Assembly (NCBI GenBank): GCA_951406725.2
Contig: OX597816.1
Coordinates: forward strand, 170,376,001-170,440,000
Length of the DNA: 64,000 nucleotides
DNA from: Octopus vulgaris
Lineage: Eukaryota
Direction: 5' to 3'
Positions within the stretch are counted from its first letter, which is position 1. Each line of letters begins with the position of its first letter. Below are positions 62,618-64,000 of this stretch, one piece after another. The notes beneath the pieces are model-generated. The model was not told where the DNA came from and made no database searches. It saw nothing but the letters and a program-made list of their open reading frames with translations. The position numbers and the translations under genes were made by a program.

Positions 62618-63175
62618 TTCAGAAAGTCGGTGCATTCGACGGAACAACTGCGCCGTCATTTTTCTTCGGGCGCCAGTCCTTTGCCGATCTTTATATTGAC
62701 CAGTCTCCGAGTATAACTTCCACGTTTGCACGCAAGCCATTTTACTGCACTTTAGTTGCTTGCTGATGTTCAAAAAGGAAACTTTTTGCTGGTGGAGTAA
62801 TACGATTTTAGCTTTCGTGACTGGACTGAGGCTACATTGTTTTCCCATTATTAATCAATTGTATAATAACGTTAAATTATAAAACTATATAGGAAAGTGA
62901 GGCTAGTTATGTGACCAACCATTTTCGCAAAAAAATTTGCATACCTATTACATGGTCTTAAACTAATTTTGCCGGTAAATTTGAAACGTTTATATTAATA
63001 TCGCATTAGAATTTTTCAAGTTGAATAAAATATAGTTATTGTCTGCATCATTCGAAAGAGGAATAAATTCTGCATAAGGTGTAAAAGATAAAGATAAATT
63101 GTATTGTGCTAGTAACAAAATATTTTGTGGCAAATAGAACTTTTATCATGGGTCTTAAATTTATTTTCGCCAGTG
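62618..63175 (-). mobile_element. Tc1-like transposon 5' fragment (TIR and N-terminal HTH domain)
   Basis: TA|CACTGGCGAAAATAAATTT terminus at 63175, with a similar inner repeat near 62960-62978. ORF from 62848 MGKQCSLS...IVLLHQQKVS...ISKQLKCSK...ETGQYKDRQRTGARRK is truncated at ~62618. Confidence 0.8.
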
Positions 63176-63245
63176 TAGATAGGTACACAGGTAATATAAG
63201 CATATGGACACATACATACATACATACAAATGTACACACATGCAT

Positions 63246-63308
<63 letters not shown>

Positions 63309-63360
63309 CATACACACATACATACATGCATACATACGTACATATATATACATGCATACA

Positions 63361-63391
<31 letters not shown>

Positions 63392-64000
63392 GTGTATGCG
63401 CACGCACAATGACGCACACGCACAATGACGCACACGCACGCGTACAAATAAAGAACGCAATTCCGATAACAGACAGAATCAATGACTATTGAAAATGTTG
63501 CAAGCCACAACGAAAATTTTAGTAAAAAATAATAACTATATGAGTGGAAATCACACCGGTGAGTGTGTTAAATTAATAAAGCACGAAAAGAGAATGAATC
63601 TCCCTAGACACAATAAGATAATATATGTATGTATGCATGTATGTATGAATGTATGTATGTATGTATGCATGTATGTAAGCATGTATGTATGAATGTATGT
63701 AAGCATGTAAGCATGTATGTATGTGTTGTGTCTTGCTCGACCCTGATATGTTCTGCATTATAACGACGTACTTTGTCGTCTGTGTGACTGGCCCGAACGG
63801 TGTACTTCGCTATTTGTAGAGGAACAGCCCACTTCTCCCATTCGGGGGTATCCTCCACAACACACACACACACACACACACGCACACATATATATATATA
63901 TGAATGTCCTTGTAGTTGTCACTTTTCCGCTGCCTTCCTTTTTTTTTTCAAGTTCTGTGAATGGCAAATTACTATTTATTATTTCTTTATTATTTTTTTA

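Overview
AT-rich, repeat-dense eukaryotic DNA. The tRNA-derived SINE families and microsatellite load suggest a cephalopod, probably Octopus (inference from recalled families). Only one convincing host gene is present: a single-coding-exon class A GPCR (11265-12380, +) with non-canonical ENY and KFFILY motifs. The rest is layered mobile DNA: two dead mariner copies, a Tc1 fragment, RTE LINE remnants, many SINEs (several with readable TSDs), Penelope-like remnants, MITEs and Helitrons. Main observations: (1) a ~7.1 kb head-to-tail array of four different R4/Dong-type RLE retrotransposons separated by (TAA)n, apparently nested in the 3' end of a Helitron, with a second such array at ~19.8-22.3 kb; (2) sequence-unrelated but similarly folded 3' hairpins in those elements; (3) a dispersed set of minimal hammerhead-like motifs with variant cores; (4) a ~600 bp inverted repeat pair upstream of the GPCR; (5) a telomere-repeat-containing MITE flanked by an 85 bp duplication; (6) a fold-back duplication inside the Helitron helicase. 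All alignments were done by eye, so boundaries may be off by a few bases.
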